The notes: a model not told the origin generated them from the letters alone. A stretch of DNA of 64,000 nucleotides from Rickettsiales bacterium (GCA_041396965.1 JAWKXN010000001.1:1897679-1961678), one strand, 5' to 3'; numbered from the stretch's first letter, positions 37,931 through 48,864 are shown. Translations and numbers: made by a program.

Positions 37931-40395
37931 GAATGGCTCAGCCCTATAGATTTAGCGCCTGTAATATCAAATTTATTATGGCAACCAGAACACTCAAAAT
38001 AGTCCCAGAACCAGTGTCCTAAAGTGTTAGCTCCACATTGATTACAACAAATCACTAAATGCTCCACCAAACGTTGATCTATAAAGTTTATTAGCTCAAT
38101 ACTATAACCATCTTCAACACTTTTTTCCAATAGATCTTTGCCTATACTGGTTATTGTTGCATTTCCAACACTATCAATTTTTATGTAACCAAGAACCCCT
38201 GCTTCTTCAATACGGCGTAAACCAGAGAGCATATTTGGCGAGGTAGCCATCTGTTTTTGTAATAATGAGACCGAAACCGGCTTATCCTTTACCATCTGCA
38301 AAAGACGCATTCTTCTAAAATGGCTAATGCGTTGTGGTCCCATAGATTTAAGAATCTCTGAAACTCTAGCAACCATTTCAGCGGGAATATCTCCGTTCGC
38401 GCTTATCTCACGCTCAAGCGTAGAAAAATCTACATCAGAAATATTTATCTCCAACTTACGACCATTATCTGAATCAACACTAATGCCGTGAATACGCTTC
38501 TTACGCAAGGTACGCCAACCTATTATAAAAATAACCGTAAGAGCCGCCCCACCACCAGCGAATAACAAATTATGAATCTTTGGTGATAAAATAATTTTAT
38601 CTTTAATGAACTTGCCTGAATCACCAGATAGTTTTTTGGCTTTATATAAAGGTATCTGTTTTTCAAGAAATTTAACCTGTGACGATTCCATGTTCCATTC
38701 TGGAATATCCCCGCGTCCAAACAAGTTAGCGTAATTATAAAAAACAACACCACCAGCTAGCTCGGCCGCGTATTTAAGCGATGTCTCAAACTCTCTTGCG
38801 GTCATCTTCCATGATTGTGGTTGCTGATACGCTGAAAGACCAGTAAATAATTTACGGCTTCCTGTAGCGGAACGTACCGCGAAATTCACTCTTTTAATCC
38901 AATCTTCCTCTTTACGCTCATTCTTAAAATAAGCCATAGGAATTATGGTATCAATATAACTAGAAAGCATAGCGTAATTTTGCCCAAATTTTTCCTGAGA
39001 ACGATAATTTGTCGCCGCGTCTGCGATCAAGGCAGCGGATAATTCCAAATTACCATCTCCAGTTTTATGAACAATATCCGCTAGTTCTGATACAAAATCA
39101 GTAATCGTTTTCGCTCGATAATCTACCCAATCCATATAATATTTTGAAAGAAGCTCATTTTTTTTAATATTCTTCTCTTTCCTGTCAGCGACAAAGCCAT
39201 CAATAGCCGCTTGCGAAAAATCATGATCCAAATCAGGAAAACGAATATAATCCAAATGCAGCCCATCAAGATTATATTTTGTCATAAGTAATTTTACGGT
39301 CTCGGTAATATGATAACGAACTTCTTTATTATACGGTGACAACCAATGAATTGACGATGTGCCATTACTTGCTTTCATCGTCCATTCAGGATTAATCTGT
39401 GCCAATCTTGGATTCATAAATATAGGCATCCAAGCATGAACTTTAAGACCAGCTTTTTTTAGCTTAGCTGCCATTTCACCGAAAACATCCTCATCTTGAG
39501 GAGTACGACTAAAATATTCATGTCCTTCATGATCAGCGACCATTAAATATATATCAGTAGTTTTAATCCTACGAGCGTCCGCGATAAGAGTATCAGCATT
39601 CGGCTTGCTTACTGAATAATCAACCCAAAGACCTACATTATTAAAAGGTACATCATTATATTGTTTAAGCCACGAGTCACTGCTAAGAAACTCACCACCT
39701 TCTTGCTGAACAAATTTTATAAAATCATGCAATACAGAAGCGTGCTCAGAGATAATAGAAGGATGCAAAAGAATTACCAACGGCCGTTTTGTTTTCTCAC
39801 GCTCCTTATAACGTTCTTTCAACCAATTTAGAGCTTCTTCCTGCCTTAACTCATTACGTATAAATATATCATAATCAGAAACTACATTAGCCGTACCATC
39901 CTGTGATGATATTGGCATTTCTGGAAGTGTTCCCTGTTTGCGCCAACGTTCATGATCAGAACTGTCATAAAGATAACCTTGCTCTTTTACCTTTTGCATT
40001 ACATCATCACTATATTCCAGATATGGCGCGCGAAACCAAACCACTGGTCTGCCTGATAGTTCCTCAAGCAAATCCTTACTGGACTTAAGCTCCAATTCCG
40101 CTGTGTCAATTGGAATTTCTTTAAGATTAGCATGAGTATAAGCATGAGAGCCAATAGTGTTATACTCTGTCGCTAACCCTTTTACGAAATCACGATTTTC
40201 TTTAGCGAACTTGCCAAGCACGTAATAAGTAGCCGGAACTTTAATGTCTAAAGACTTAAGCTTTGCCGCATCCCCAATTTTCTCGACATCAAAAGTAAGT
40301 AGCACCGGTGCCGCGTAAACCGATTGCGATAGACCTATATATAACGTCACTACAACATAGGCTATAAATCCAAATGATAATTTTATCCGTTCCAT
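37927..40395 (-). CDS. PgaB-like polysaccharide deacetylase + GH-like (GHL10) domain, fused to a TM segment and a cytoplasmic wHTH/zinc-ribbon tail
   Basis: NodB-type motifs (TFDVEK, HAYTH, RAPY). (beta/alpha)8-like ...LDGLHLDYIRFP. TM segment LLFAGGGAALTVIFIIGW. C-terminal CCNQCG...CSGCH. Confidence 0.65.
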   Translation of the reverse strand: MERIKLSFGFIAYVVVTLYIGLSQSVYAAPVLLTFDVEKIGDAAKLKSLDIKVPATYYVLGKFAKENRDFVKGLATEYNTIGSHAYTHANLKEIPIDTAELELKSSKDLLEELSGRPVVWFRAPYLEYSDDVMQKVKEQGYLYDSSDHERWRKQGTLPEMPISSQDGTANVVSDYDIFIRNELRQEEALNWLKERYKEREKTKRPLVILLHPSIISEHASVLHDFIKFVQQEGGEFLSSDSWLKQYNDVPFNNVGLWVDYSVSKPNADTLIADARRIKTTDIYLMVADHEGHEYFSRTPQDEDVFGEMAAKLKKAGLKVHAWMPIFMNPRLAQINPEWTMKASNGTSSIHWLSPYNKEVRYHITETVKLLMTKYNLDGLHLDYIRFPDLDHDFSQAAIDGFVADRKEKNIKKNELLSKYYMDWVDYRAKTITDFVSELADIVHKTGDGNLELSAALIADAATNYRSQEKFGQNYAMLSSYIDTIIPMAYFKNERKEEDWIKRVNFAVRSATGSRKLFTGLSAYQQPQSWKMTAREFETSLKYAAELAGGVVFYNYANLFGRGDIPEWNMESSQVKFLEKQIPLYKAKKLSGDSGKFIKDKIILSPKIHNLLFAGGGAALTVIFIIGWRTLRKKRIHGISVDSDNGRKLEINISDVDFSTLEREISANGDIPAEMVARVSEILKSMGPQRISHFRRMRLLQMVKDKPVSVSLLQKQMATSPNMLSGLRRIEEAGVLGYIKIDSVGNATITSIGKDLLEKSVEDGYSIELINFIDQRLVEHLVICCNQCGANTLGHWFWDYFECSGCHNKFDITGAKSIGLSHS

Positions 40396-41684
40396 GTTAT
40401 TCTCTCACCTCTCATTTCGCGGTACATCGCAAGTAAACGTACCCATGTTTGAAAAAGATTATATGGCTTCATTATACAAGCAGCGAGTATTAGATTCATT
40501 TTCATACTACGCTCCATACCGAGTACAGCCACATACATTAAAATATTTACCACCTCAAACAACCCATATAAAATTACGGTTAACATCCCGAATTTCCATG
40601 ACGCATAGTAAAAAATAGATGGCACCAGCAATATAATCATTAACCCTTCTAGGCAGGCACTACCAAAACCAAAAATCAACAAATATGGCAGCCAAAACAA
40701 GCCAAGAAAACCGTATTTCATATTAAACAGCATATCTTTATGTAAGAGTAACGCTTGTAAATTACCACGATACCAACGCAAACGCTGATTCTTCAACGCC
40801 TTAAAAGTCTCCGGTGTCGTCGTCCAAGAAATAGCTGTAGGATCATAGGTAGCGTATTTACCTATACGAGCGATTTCCAAAGTAAGGTCAAAATCCTCTA
40901 CAATAGTACGATCCTTAAATCCACCAACCTCTAGCAATGTTTTCCGTTCATACATACAAATTGGTCCTGGACAAACTGTAATTGAAGAGCCACTGCCAAC
41001 CTGAGCTGTTTTTACTAAAGCCTGACTAAATATATACTCAATACTTTGCCACAACACTACCAACCTATGATTGCGTCTTACTATAAGTTTTCCACAGCTA
41101 GCTCCAATCTTTGGGTCAGAAAAATGACGAAGAAGATTACTAATAGCGTCTTTATGAAGATGTGAGTCAGAGTCAGAAAATAATATATACTTTCCTCTCG
41201 CCTCAGAAATAGCCTGATTAACAGCGGTCGCCTTTCCTTGATTCTGACTCATATGAACACTACGCACTTCAGGATTCTCAATTATAAGCGGAGTAAAATC
41301 TGAAGAACCATCATCTACGACAATTACCTCAAACTCTGGATAATCCTGAGCTAACGCACATTCAATACTACGTTTTACCGTTTCTTGTTCATTGAAAGCT
41401 GGAATAATAACAGTTACGAAAGGTAGACTTTTCATCTGCAATCCTACTTTACGACCAAAACAAAAATTCCATCCAACAAATAGGTAAAAAGGGAAAATTG
41501 TTAAACTCAGACAAAATCTAAATACATATAACAACCACATATGTGATTGTTCCCACCCATTATTCATCATGGCATAGATACGCAACGCTATATTTTCCAT
41601 CACAAGAACAGAAATTACCGTTAGAACGAACGAGCTTACAAAAATAGTAAGATGCCCGGTTTTAGATATATCTGTGCCATGCAT
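40383..41684 (-). CDS. Family 2 glycosyltransferase, PgaC/IcaA-like processive synthase
   Basis: VVDDGSSD, QNQGKA, FSDSDS and QRLRW (QxxRW) motifs, with flanking TM segments. Confidence 0.8.
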   Translation of the reverse strand: MHGTDISKTGHLTIFVSSFVLTVISVLVMENIALRIYAMMNNGWEQSHMWLLYVFRFCLSLTIFPFYLFVGWNFCFGRKVGLQMKSLPFVTVIIPAFNEQETVKRSIECALAQDYPEFEVIVVDDGSSDFTPLIIENPEVRSVHMSQNQGKATAVNQAISEARGKYILFSDSDSHLHKDAISNLLRHFSDPKIGASCGKLIVRRNHRLVVLWQSIEYIFSQALVKTAQVGSGSSITVCPGPICMYERKTLLEVGGFKDRTIVEDFDLTLEIARIGKYATYDPTAISWTTTPETFKALKNQRLRWYRGNLQALLLHKDMLFNMKYGFLGLFWLPYLLIFGFGSACLEGLMIILLVPSIFYYASWKFGMLTVILYGLFEVVNILMYVAVLGMERSMKMNLILAACIMKPYNLFQTWVRLLAMYREMRGERITWNG

Positions 41685-41690
41685 CTAATA

Positions 41691-43520
41691 TCACTCCACA
41701 GTAACCGATTTCGCTAGATTTCTTGGCATATCAACATCTGTGCCTTTAGCGAGCGCCACATGATAAGCTATAAGCTGAATAGGTATGGCGTAAAGAATAG
41801 GAGTAGCGAAAGGATCAGCTTGTGGCATTTCAATAGCGGTCTGAACAATAGAGCCAAGCTTATCTATACCTTTCTTGTCAGAAAGCAGGATAATTTTTCC
41901 GCCACGTGCCGCCACCTCATTGATATTTCCTGCTGTTTTCTCAAAAAGCTCATCCGAAGGAGCAATAGCGATAATTGGTGTTTTATCATCAATAAGAGCT
42001 ATAGGACCATGTTTTAACTCACCAGCTGCCGTCGCTTCCGCCGGAAGATAAGTAATTTCTTTAAGCTTTAACGCTCCTTCAAGCGCTAGTGGATATGACA
42101 AACCACGTCCTATATATACCACATTGCTTACATTAGTTAGTTGCTGACACAAAGCGCGAATAGCATCATCATGGGTTAATACAGCTTGCATTCTTGAAGA
42201 TATTTCAGATAGTGACACGGAAAGATTTGACTCTTCTAAATGAGAAATATTACCCTTACTTACACCAAGCGCCAAAGTAAAACAAGCAAGTGCCATAAGC
42301 TGAGCGGTGAAAGCTTTGGTAGAAGCGACGCCTATCTCAGGTCCGGCGTGTAACTCAAGAACAGCGTCCGCCTCACGCGCCATAGTACTAGTTCCAACAT
42401 TTACGAACGCCAGAGCATACTGACCATGTTCCTTAGCGTAACGCATAGCGGCTAGCGTATCAGCGGTCTCTCCTGACTGAGATATAACTATCGTAAGACC
42501 ACCTTTTTTCAGCACAGGGCGGCGATAACGAAACTCAGACGCTATATCAACCGAAACCGGTACTTTCGCCATCTGCTCCAACCAATATTCGGCGACCATT
42601 CCCGAATAATAAGAAGTTCCACACGCCACAATATTAATTTCTTCTATATCCTTTAGGTCAAAAGAAAAATCCGGCAAGCATATATGACCATCAACCGGAT
42701 GATAATAACCTTTAAGAGCCGTACCCACCACAGAAGGCTGCTCATAAATTTCCTTAAGCATGTAATGTTCATGATGCTCCTTAGCTATCAATACATCCTC
42801 AGTAGCGACCTCTTTCTTCTCACGGACAACAATATTTCCACTCCTATCAAATATTTCCACGCTATTTGTTGTAAGCATAGCTATGTCACCTTCTTCCAGA
42901 TAGGTGATAGTGCGTGTAAAAGGAGCCAGCGCCAAAGCGTCAGAAGCTAGATACATTTCATTATCACCATAACCAATCGCCAAAGGAGAGCCTTGACGAG
43001 CACCAAATAACACATCCTCGTGACCAGAAAAAATAACTCCTATAGCAAAAGCTCCTTCCAAACGTTCAACCGTCTTCTGAATAGCTTCTTTCGGAGATAA
43101 TCCTTCCCTAATATATTTCTGCAATAAATTGGGAATTACCTCTGTGTCAGTCTCCGTTACAAATACCGATCCTTCCGCCGTCAACTCACGACGTAATTCC
43201 AGAAAATTCTCGATAATCCCATTATGCACTACAGCGATATTTTCTGATATATGTGGGTGAGCGTTAATTATGGTAGGCGCGCCATGTGTCGCCCAACGTG
43301 TATGACCAATCGCCGTGCGGCCAACAAGTTTTTCGCTAGTAACAGCTTTTTCCAACTCAACCAGCTTGCCTTTGGCGCGTACACGATATATTGGAGTATT
43401 AGCTTCATTTACCGCTGCTATTCCCGCTGAATCGTACCCTCTATATTCTAAACGCTTTAATCCTTCCAATACCGGACTCACCACATCGTTCTGACTTATT
43501 ATACCAATAATTCCACACAT
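41691..43520 (-). CDS. glmS: Glutamine--fructose-6-phosphate aminotransferase
   Basis: MCGIIGI N-terminus, two SIS domains and a ...KSVTVE C-terminus. Confidence 0.95.
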   Translation of the reverse strand: MCGIIGIISQNDVVSPVLEGLKRLEYRGYDSAGIAAVNEANTPIYRVRAKGKLVELEKAVTSEKLVGRTAIGHTRWATHGAPTIINAHPHISENIAVVHNGIIENFLELRRELTAEGSVFVTETDTEVIPNLLQKYIREGLSPKEAIQKTVERLEGAFAIGVIFSGHEDVLFGARQGSPLAIGYGDNEMYLASDALALAPFTRTITYLEEGDIAMLTTNSVEIFDRSGNIVVREKKEVATEDVLIAKEHHEHYMLKEIYEQPSVVGTALKGYYHPVDGHICLPDFSFDLKDIEEINIVACGTSYYSGMVAEYWLEQMAKVPVSVDIASEFRYRRPVLKKGGLTIVISQSGETADTLAAMRYAKEHGQYALAFVNVGTSTMAREADAVLELHAGPEIGVASTKAFTAQLMALACFTLALGVSKGNISHLEESNLSVSLSEISSRMQAVLTHDDAIRALCQQLTNVSNVVYIGRGLSYPLALEGALKLKEITYLPAEATAAGELKHGPIALIDDKTPIIAIAPSDELFEKTAGNINEVAARGGKIILLSDKKGIDKLGSIVQTAIEMPQADPFATPILYAIPIQLIAYHVALAKGTDVDMPRNLAKSVTVE

Positions 43521-43737
43521 AAATTTTTATCTTTCTCTACAGAATGGCTTGATTAATATAATAATTAATAAAGGAAAAATATTATAGTAAAAAAATACTA
43601 TAGTCATTTAAGTTAACTTTACTAGAAATAACTATAATCAAGTCACAAATCTTGCATTTATTAGAATTATAAACTATCCGTATATGGCATTCACCTTGTT
43701 AGTAACAATCGCTCACATAAAATAAATTCACCTACTC

Positions 43738-45474
43738 ATGAAAAAACTACTTCCATTATTAATTATCACAGCTTTATTACCTAACAACAGCTTAGCGGCG
43801 GAAATGCCTCTTACCACACAAAAATATGGAATGCGAGCATATGTATCATCTCCTATAAACTGCCGCTCCACGATGGACGTAAATATTAAAGCAACGAACT
43901 CAAACGTTTTTACCGGCAGCAAAATTAACCTACAAAAAACTCTAGGTCTTGTTCGCACAGCGCTTAATTTTGAGTGTAACGGTCTGGTGTCAACTATTAA
44001 ACTAAACGGGATTGTTGGTAACAGATCTGTTTATCAGGGAACAGCCAACTCTTCAAATAACTGGGTGTTAAAAGATATAAACGTCAACTCCAATAGAGCG
44101 CATAATAGAAATGACAATAGCACAAGGAACCGGCGCTCCATTTTCGCAAGATCATCCTCTACTAAAGAACCCTCTACCCAAAAACCTGTAATAGAACTAA
44201 ACAAATGTGATAAACTGGCCGCGCACCCTAATGATAAACAAAAAAACAAATACGCTTATGGTGTTGGTGATAACTATGTCAAAATAGAAGAAGCAATAGA
44301 TGCCTGCATTGAGTCTTTATCAACAGAAAAGGATAATCCAAATTATAATTTCCAGCTTGGTAGGGTTCTATTCTTGTCTCAAATGTACGATGAGGCGATA
44401 GAGTATTTCACAAACGCTAATAATATCACCCCTTATCCGGCGGCGATATATTATCTAGCGATGATAAAACTACAAAAAGAACAAGCCAGTATTGACGACG
44501 TACTTCCCGAATTAAACAACATAGCAGCGAAATTTGCGCCAGCAGCTAGCTTTGTCGCTGAATATCAAGAGAAAATAGCCGCTGAGAAATCAGCTGCGGC
44601 ATTAAGCGAGATGAACAAGAATTTCATTTATATAGACAAGGATATAGCAGGAAATAACTATAATTATCCAGGCATATTTAATAATTTTGTATCTAGCAGG
44701 CTGTTAGAAGGTCCCGATTACTCTATCATGGCGGTCACCGCTGAGATGATAATGGGCGAAATACAGGGTTGGTGTCCAGGCTTAGTTAAAAAATCCGATG
44801 TTCGGCGTATAGCTAAATATATTGACTCCAGCCCCAACTCCGCCGCCTATAAAAAATACGCGCGCGCCAACTCTGTTGATTTTAGCAAGCAACCTCTTAT
44901 GATGTTAATGAGTGGCGGCAGAGGGCAACAACTTAACGAAGCTGTAGCATCCGCTCACATTAATAATAAGGTAAGAAATAGCGATGACGTAAGCTTCAAA
45001 ATATCATCAGATGTCACCAAATTAATGAAAAGCTATGATTGCAGTGAGCGGGAAATTACCGCTTTAACCAATAATATCAATAATTACATAAAAACTGCTC
45101 CACCATATAATACAGTATCAGAGTCCTACTGGAATGCCTGTATGAAAAGTTCCCTTAAATATTCAACAAACAAAAGCCAGTTCTGCGGTTGTTTTCTTGA
45201 TATGATGCGTGGAGGAGGTATCGGCACTATGCTAAGTAGTGGTGGAGAATTATTCAAAGGGTTCATGACCGGTGGCGCTTCATATGCTAAGAAACGCTAT
45301 ATTAACTATAAAATAGGACACGACCTTATTAGAGATTTCTCTACAACAGCGAGTACCTTAATAAAAAAACACAGAAATTTACAAAAATGTACCAAACCCA
45401 AAGATGATTCTTTCAGACGCTTCATGAATGGTGAGACTGATTCATACGGTAGACCTATTAGGCGGAGATATTAA
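43738..45474 (+). CDS. Secreted hypothetical protein
   Basis: Signal peptide ...LLPNNSLAAE. No family recognised by eye. Confidence 0.5.
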   Translation: MKKLLPLLIITALLPNNSLAAEMPLTTQKYGMRAYVSSPINCRSTMDVNIKATNSNVFTGSKINLQKTLGLVRTALNFECNGLVSTIKLNGIVGNRSVYQGTANSSNNWVLKDINVNSNRAHNRNDNSTRNRRSIFARSSSTKEPSTQKPVIELNKCDKLAAHPNDKQKNKYAYGVGDNYVKIEEAIDACIESLSTEKDNPNYNFQLGRVLFLSQMYDEAIEYFTNANNITPYPAAIYYLAMIKLQKEQASIDDVLPELNNIAAKFAPAASFVAEYQEKIAAEKSAAALSEMNKNFIYIDKDIAGNNYNYPGIFNNFVSSRLLEGPDYSIMAVTAEMIMGEIQGWCPGLVKKSDVRRIAKYIDSSPNSAAYKKYARANSVDFSKQPLMMLMSGGRGQQLNEAVASAHINNKVRNSDDVSFKISSDVTKLMKSYDCSEREITALTNNINNYIKTAPPYNTVSESYWNACMKSSLKYSTNKSQFCGCFLDMMRGGGIGTMLSSGGELFKGFMTGGASYAKKRYINYKIGHDLIRDFSTTASTLIKKHRNLQKCTKPKDDSFRRFMNGETDSYGRPIRRRY

Positions 45475-45501
45475 TAAGGTTTCGTATTAGAAAAAAACTT
45501 A

Positions 45502-45816
45502 TTAAGCAATGATCTTGAATTCAAAACCAGCTATAGGTTTAACTATTTCCGCTATTTTTTTTATAAATTCTATATCTTCTGTGCTCGGACTAAACTTACA
45601 TACCAAATCAATAATTACTCTTTTATTCATTGATTCCGGATATTTTTCCAATATTTCACCACTTTCTATAAATGAAATATAGCAATTCACTTTTTCTTGT
45701 AGCAAAAACAAATGTTGTTCATCTCCCCAAGATAGATGGTCAGATATTGTAAGACGGACATTCTTTTGTTCATCTAAACCAATAAAATCTACTATACTTG
45801 TATCTTCTATAGACAT
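45502..45816 (-). CDS. Small acidic cytoplasmic protein, immunity-like
   Basis: 104 aa, located 9 nt downstream of the toxin-like gene 45826..47010 on the same strand. Confidence 0.4.
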   Translation of the reverse strand: MSIEDTSIVDFIGLDEQKNVRLTISDHLSWGDEQHLFLLQEKVNCYISFIESGEILEKYPESMNKRVIIDLVCKFSPSTEDIEFIKKIAEIVKPIAGFEFKIIA

Positions 45817-45825
45817 AATATCCTA

Positions 45826-47010
45826 TTAATCCTCAGAGTCTTTTGGACGAATAATATCAATTTTTGTTGGTGGAATTACAGTCCCACCTTCAAAACCTGG
45901 TTTACCTTTACCGACAATAACAGCACCGTTTTTTTCTATATCAGGAAATGCAAGTTTTTGATTTTTGGTTAGCGGTGCAGTTTCTGAGCTTTTGCATTCA
46001 GTGCATTTCACTTTCCCATCGCTATCTCTTCCTAGAAGATCAACCCTTGTCTTAACCCCATTTTTTGCTCTCATAGTGACCTGCTCAACAACTCCGGTCT
46101 GTTCTTTTGTCACTTGATTTTTAACCTTTTTTTCAAAATCTCTTGCTGTTTTTTTATTTTCTTCTAATTGTTGCACCCTCTTATCAGGAGGTGAGTTTCC
46201 TGAATTTTTACCGCTTTTACGCTCATTCTGTTTAAGCTTTTCCAGCTTTGCCTTAATGTCAGCACGCTTTTGATTGATAGTAACAGTACCGGAGGAAATA
46301 GCGGTCTGACTTTTTAAGTTATTAAGCAACAACATACGGTTATGCTTAGCTTCTTTGTCTTTTGCCTCTTTATCTTTTTTCTGTTCTTGTAGTAGTTTTT
46401 TCTTTTTCTGATCCTGCAATTTTTTCAATTTATTTTTTAGATCCTGCTTTTTTTGTTTATCAAGCCTGTTCTGTTTTTGTTTACGCAACCTTTCATTAAC
46501 AATGCGCTTTGCTATTTCATCTTTGTTTTTCTTAACCTGCTGCTTTCTAATTCTTTCCTGATCACGGCGTAACTTACGGTTCTGTTCTAAATTTTGCTTA
46601 TTTTTCGTCTGTTGCTGTTTAAGATTTTGCTGCTGCCTTTGTATATTCTGATTCTGTCTTTGCAATTGCTGCTGAGATTGCTGTTGTTTTTGTAGCTGTT
46701 GCTGCTGATTTTTCTGCTGTTGCCGGCGTTGCTGATCTCGCATCTGCCGCTGGCGCATTTCCTGCTGGCGACGCTGTTGCTCTCGCATCTGTTGCTGACG
46801 CATTTCCTGCTGGCGACGCTGTTGCTCTCTCATCTGCTGCTGGCGCTGCATTTCTTGCTGACGACGCATCTGATCTTGCATCATTCTTTGTTGTTGCTGC
46901 TGCTGAATCAACCAAGAATTATTATTATAACCTTGCGCTATACCATTACTTGCTACAAAAGTTATAAGTAAAATAAAAACCAAAAAACTGGTGAATAATC
47001 GCTTAATCAT
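45826..47010 (-). CDS. Secreted Q/R/K-rich low-complexity protein with a C-terminal PD-(D/E)xK-nuclease-like domain
   Basis: Signal peptide, then ~250 aa of QQ(M/R)R(E/Q)QQRRQQE repeats, then RVDLLGRD...KCTECKSSETAPLTKNQ (D...ExK...Q pattern). Confidence 0.45.
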   Translation of the reverse strand: MIKRLFTSFLVFILLITFVASNGIAQGYNNNSWLIQQQQQQRMMQDQMRRQQEMQRQQQMREQQRRQQEMRQQQMREQQRRQQEMRQRQMRDQQRRQQQKNQQQQLQKQQQSQQQLQRQNQNIQRQQQNLKQQQTKNKQNLEQNRKLRRDQERIRKQQVKKNKDEIAKRIVNERLRKQKQNRLDKQKKQDLKNKLKKLQDQKKKKLLQEQKKDKEAKDKEAKHNRMLLLNNLKSQTAISSGTVTINQKRADIKAKLEKLKQNERKSGKNSGNSPPDKRVQQLEENKKTARDFEKKVKNQVTKEQTGVVEQVTMRAKNGVKTRVDLLGRDSDGKVKCTECKSSETAPLTKNQKLAFPDIEKNGAVIVGKGKPGFEGGTVIPPTKIDIIRPKDSED

Positions 47011-47433
47011 GCTCTCAATTTATACAATTTAATTAATACATATCAAACTTAAACTATATAGCTGAAAAAACAAGTATAGTCAGAAAATTTAGTAAAAAGC
47101 TTTATATAACAGGGAAATTGGCACACAGGAGAGCGCAGCGTCTCCTTTGCCAAGAGGGTTCTGATTAGAAATTTTTTTCAAAATTTGTAATACAAAACAC
47201 ATCTTGCGATTCACGGGAACCATACCCAAGTCAGCAATAACCAAAAGCGGGAGTAATTGGACGAACATAAATTCAGGTTGCAAATAATAAATTAACACCA
47301 GAAAGGAAAGTTCTTAGATCAAATCGTGACTAGTACACTTTACAATTCGTCATCGCCACCCTCCACACCTTACGAACAGAAAGGCGTGGTGAAGTTATCA
47401 TTTTTAGCAGATGTTTTTCTGAATCAAGCTCTC

Positions 47434-48864
47434 TCATTCTTCCTTAAAGGCTTTATGGAGGCTATCGGTTATTGGTGCTAGGAGGTAAGAGAAGAAGGAT
47501 CGGGAGCCAGTATTAATAAATACTTCTACGGGCATACCGGGATAGAGTTTTACTTTGTCAGTAAGTTCTTGGAGGGTTTTTCCATCTACTTCAACACGGG
47601 CAGTGTAGTAAGATATGTTTTGCAAGCCTTGCTGTTCATTAAAAGCATCGGCGGAAAGTTGTGTGACCTTACCACCAAGCAGTGGCATACGACGGGATTT
47701 ATAAGCTGAAAGCACGATGCGAGCATGCATTCCAACTTCTACCACATCAATATCGGTTGGTTTTATGTGAACTTCGGCAACCAGCTTGTCACTTTGCGGT
47801 ACTATATCCATAATCGGCTCACCAGCCATTATTACCCCACCAACAGTGTGTGATTTAAGACCAGTAACTATACCCTCTGATGGTGCAGTAACAATTGTGC
47901 GTTTTACCACATCAGTAGCGGCACGTAGCTTTTCTTCAGTATCGTTTATTTTTAGCCGCACCTCTTGTAATTCTTTTGCTATATTAGTTGCGAAGTCATT
48001 TTTAAGATTGATAACTTCCATTTGGGTTTGAGTGATATTTTGTTTGGCTTTGGCGATTTCTGCTGTGTATTGTCCAGCATTTCCCTTAAGCTCCTCTGCC
48101 TTACGTTGTAACTCAAGCAAACGTGATTTAGGGGCTAACCCTTTTTTTTGCAACTTCTCAACAGATTCTATTTCCTCATCTATAAGTTTTAACTGTCCAC
48201 GCGCGCTTGCAAGCTGTGAGGTAAGTCCAATAATTTCTTCTTTGATACTATCAATACGCTGGTTTAATGAATCTATCTTGCCTTTTTGGGTTTCATATTG
48301 ATTGGTAAATAAATCATGCTGTGATTTTATGGTTTTACTTAATTCAGGATGATTTTTGGCAGCATTGCCTAGCTCTTCGGGAAAAACCAGTTTCTCATCT
48401 CCGTCTTGCAACGTTTGCAGGCGAGACTCGGAGGCACGCGCCGCCCATAACTCATTTTGGATTATTCTATGGTTAGCTTTAGGCGCAACATCGCTTATCT
48501 CAAGCAGTGGCTGACCTTCTTTAACTAATTGCCCCTCCTTAACTAATATATTTTTTACAATGCCACCTTCTAAATGTTGAACAGTTTTTCTTTTTGAGAT
48601 AACCGCTACATTGCCACTGGCTATTGCCGCACTTTCTATTGGAACTAGTATTCCAAAAACTATAATGATAATAAAAATAGAGAGGATAACTATCGCGCTT
48701 ACCCTTAGCGGAGCGTAGCTACTAGCAATTGCTGGGTTATCACCTTTATAATTTTTATTAGTGATTATCTTTATAAAGCCATCAATAGACGCAAGAAGAG
48801 AGGCGATACGTGGATGTTTCTCTAGATTTTCAGCCTTATCTTTTATTAAGCTTACTATCCTCAT
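47434..48864 (-). CDS. Type I secretion membrane fusion protein (HlyD/PrtE family)
   Basis: N-terminal TM, long coiled coil and a conserved C-terminus ...GMPVEVFINTGSRSFFSYLLAPI. Overlaps the ABC gene stop. Confidence 0.9.
   Translation of the reverse strand: MRIVSLIKDKAENLEKHPRIASLLASIDGFIKIITNKNYKGDNPAIASSYAPLRVSAIVILSIFIIIIVFGILVPIESAAIASGNVAVISKRKTVQHLEGGIVKNILVKEGQLVKEGQPLLEISDVAPKANHRIIQNELWAARASESRLQTLQDGDEKLVFPEELGNAAKNHPELSKTIKSQHDLFTNQYETQKGKIDSLNQRIDSIKEEIIGLTSQLASARGQLKLIDEEIESVEKLQKKGLAPKSRLLELQRKAEELKGNAGQYTAEIAKAKQNITQTQMEVINLKNDFATNIAKELQEVRLKINDTEEKLRAATDVVKRTIVTAPSEGIVTGLKSHTVGGVIMAGEPIMDIVPQSDKLVAEVHIKPTDIDVVEVGMHARIVLSAYKSRRMPLLGGKVTQLSADAFNEQQGLQNISYYTARVEVDGKTLQELTDKVKLYPGMPVEVFINTGSRSFFSYLLAPITDSLHKAFKEE

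Noticed and set aside
46619-46971. ORFs 46619..46915 (-) and 46699..46971 (+) in the Q-rich repeat
   Set aside because: They are alternative frames or strands of low-complexity CAG/CGN repeat DNA. The signal-peptide-bearing frame 45826..47010 is the coherent gene.
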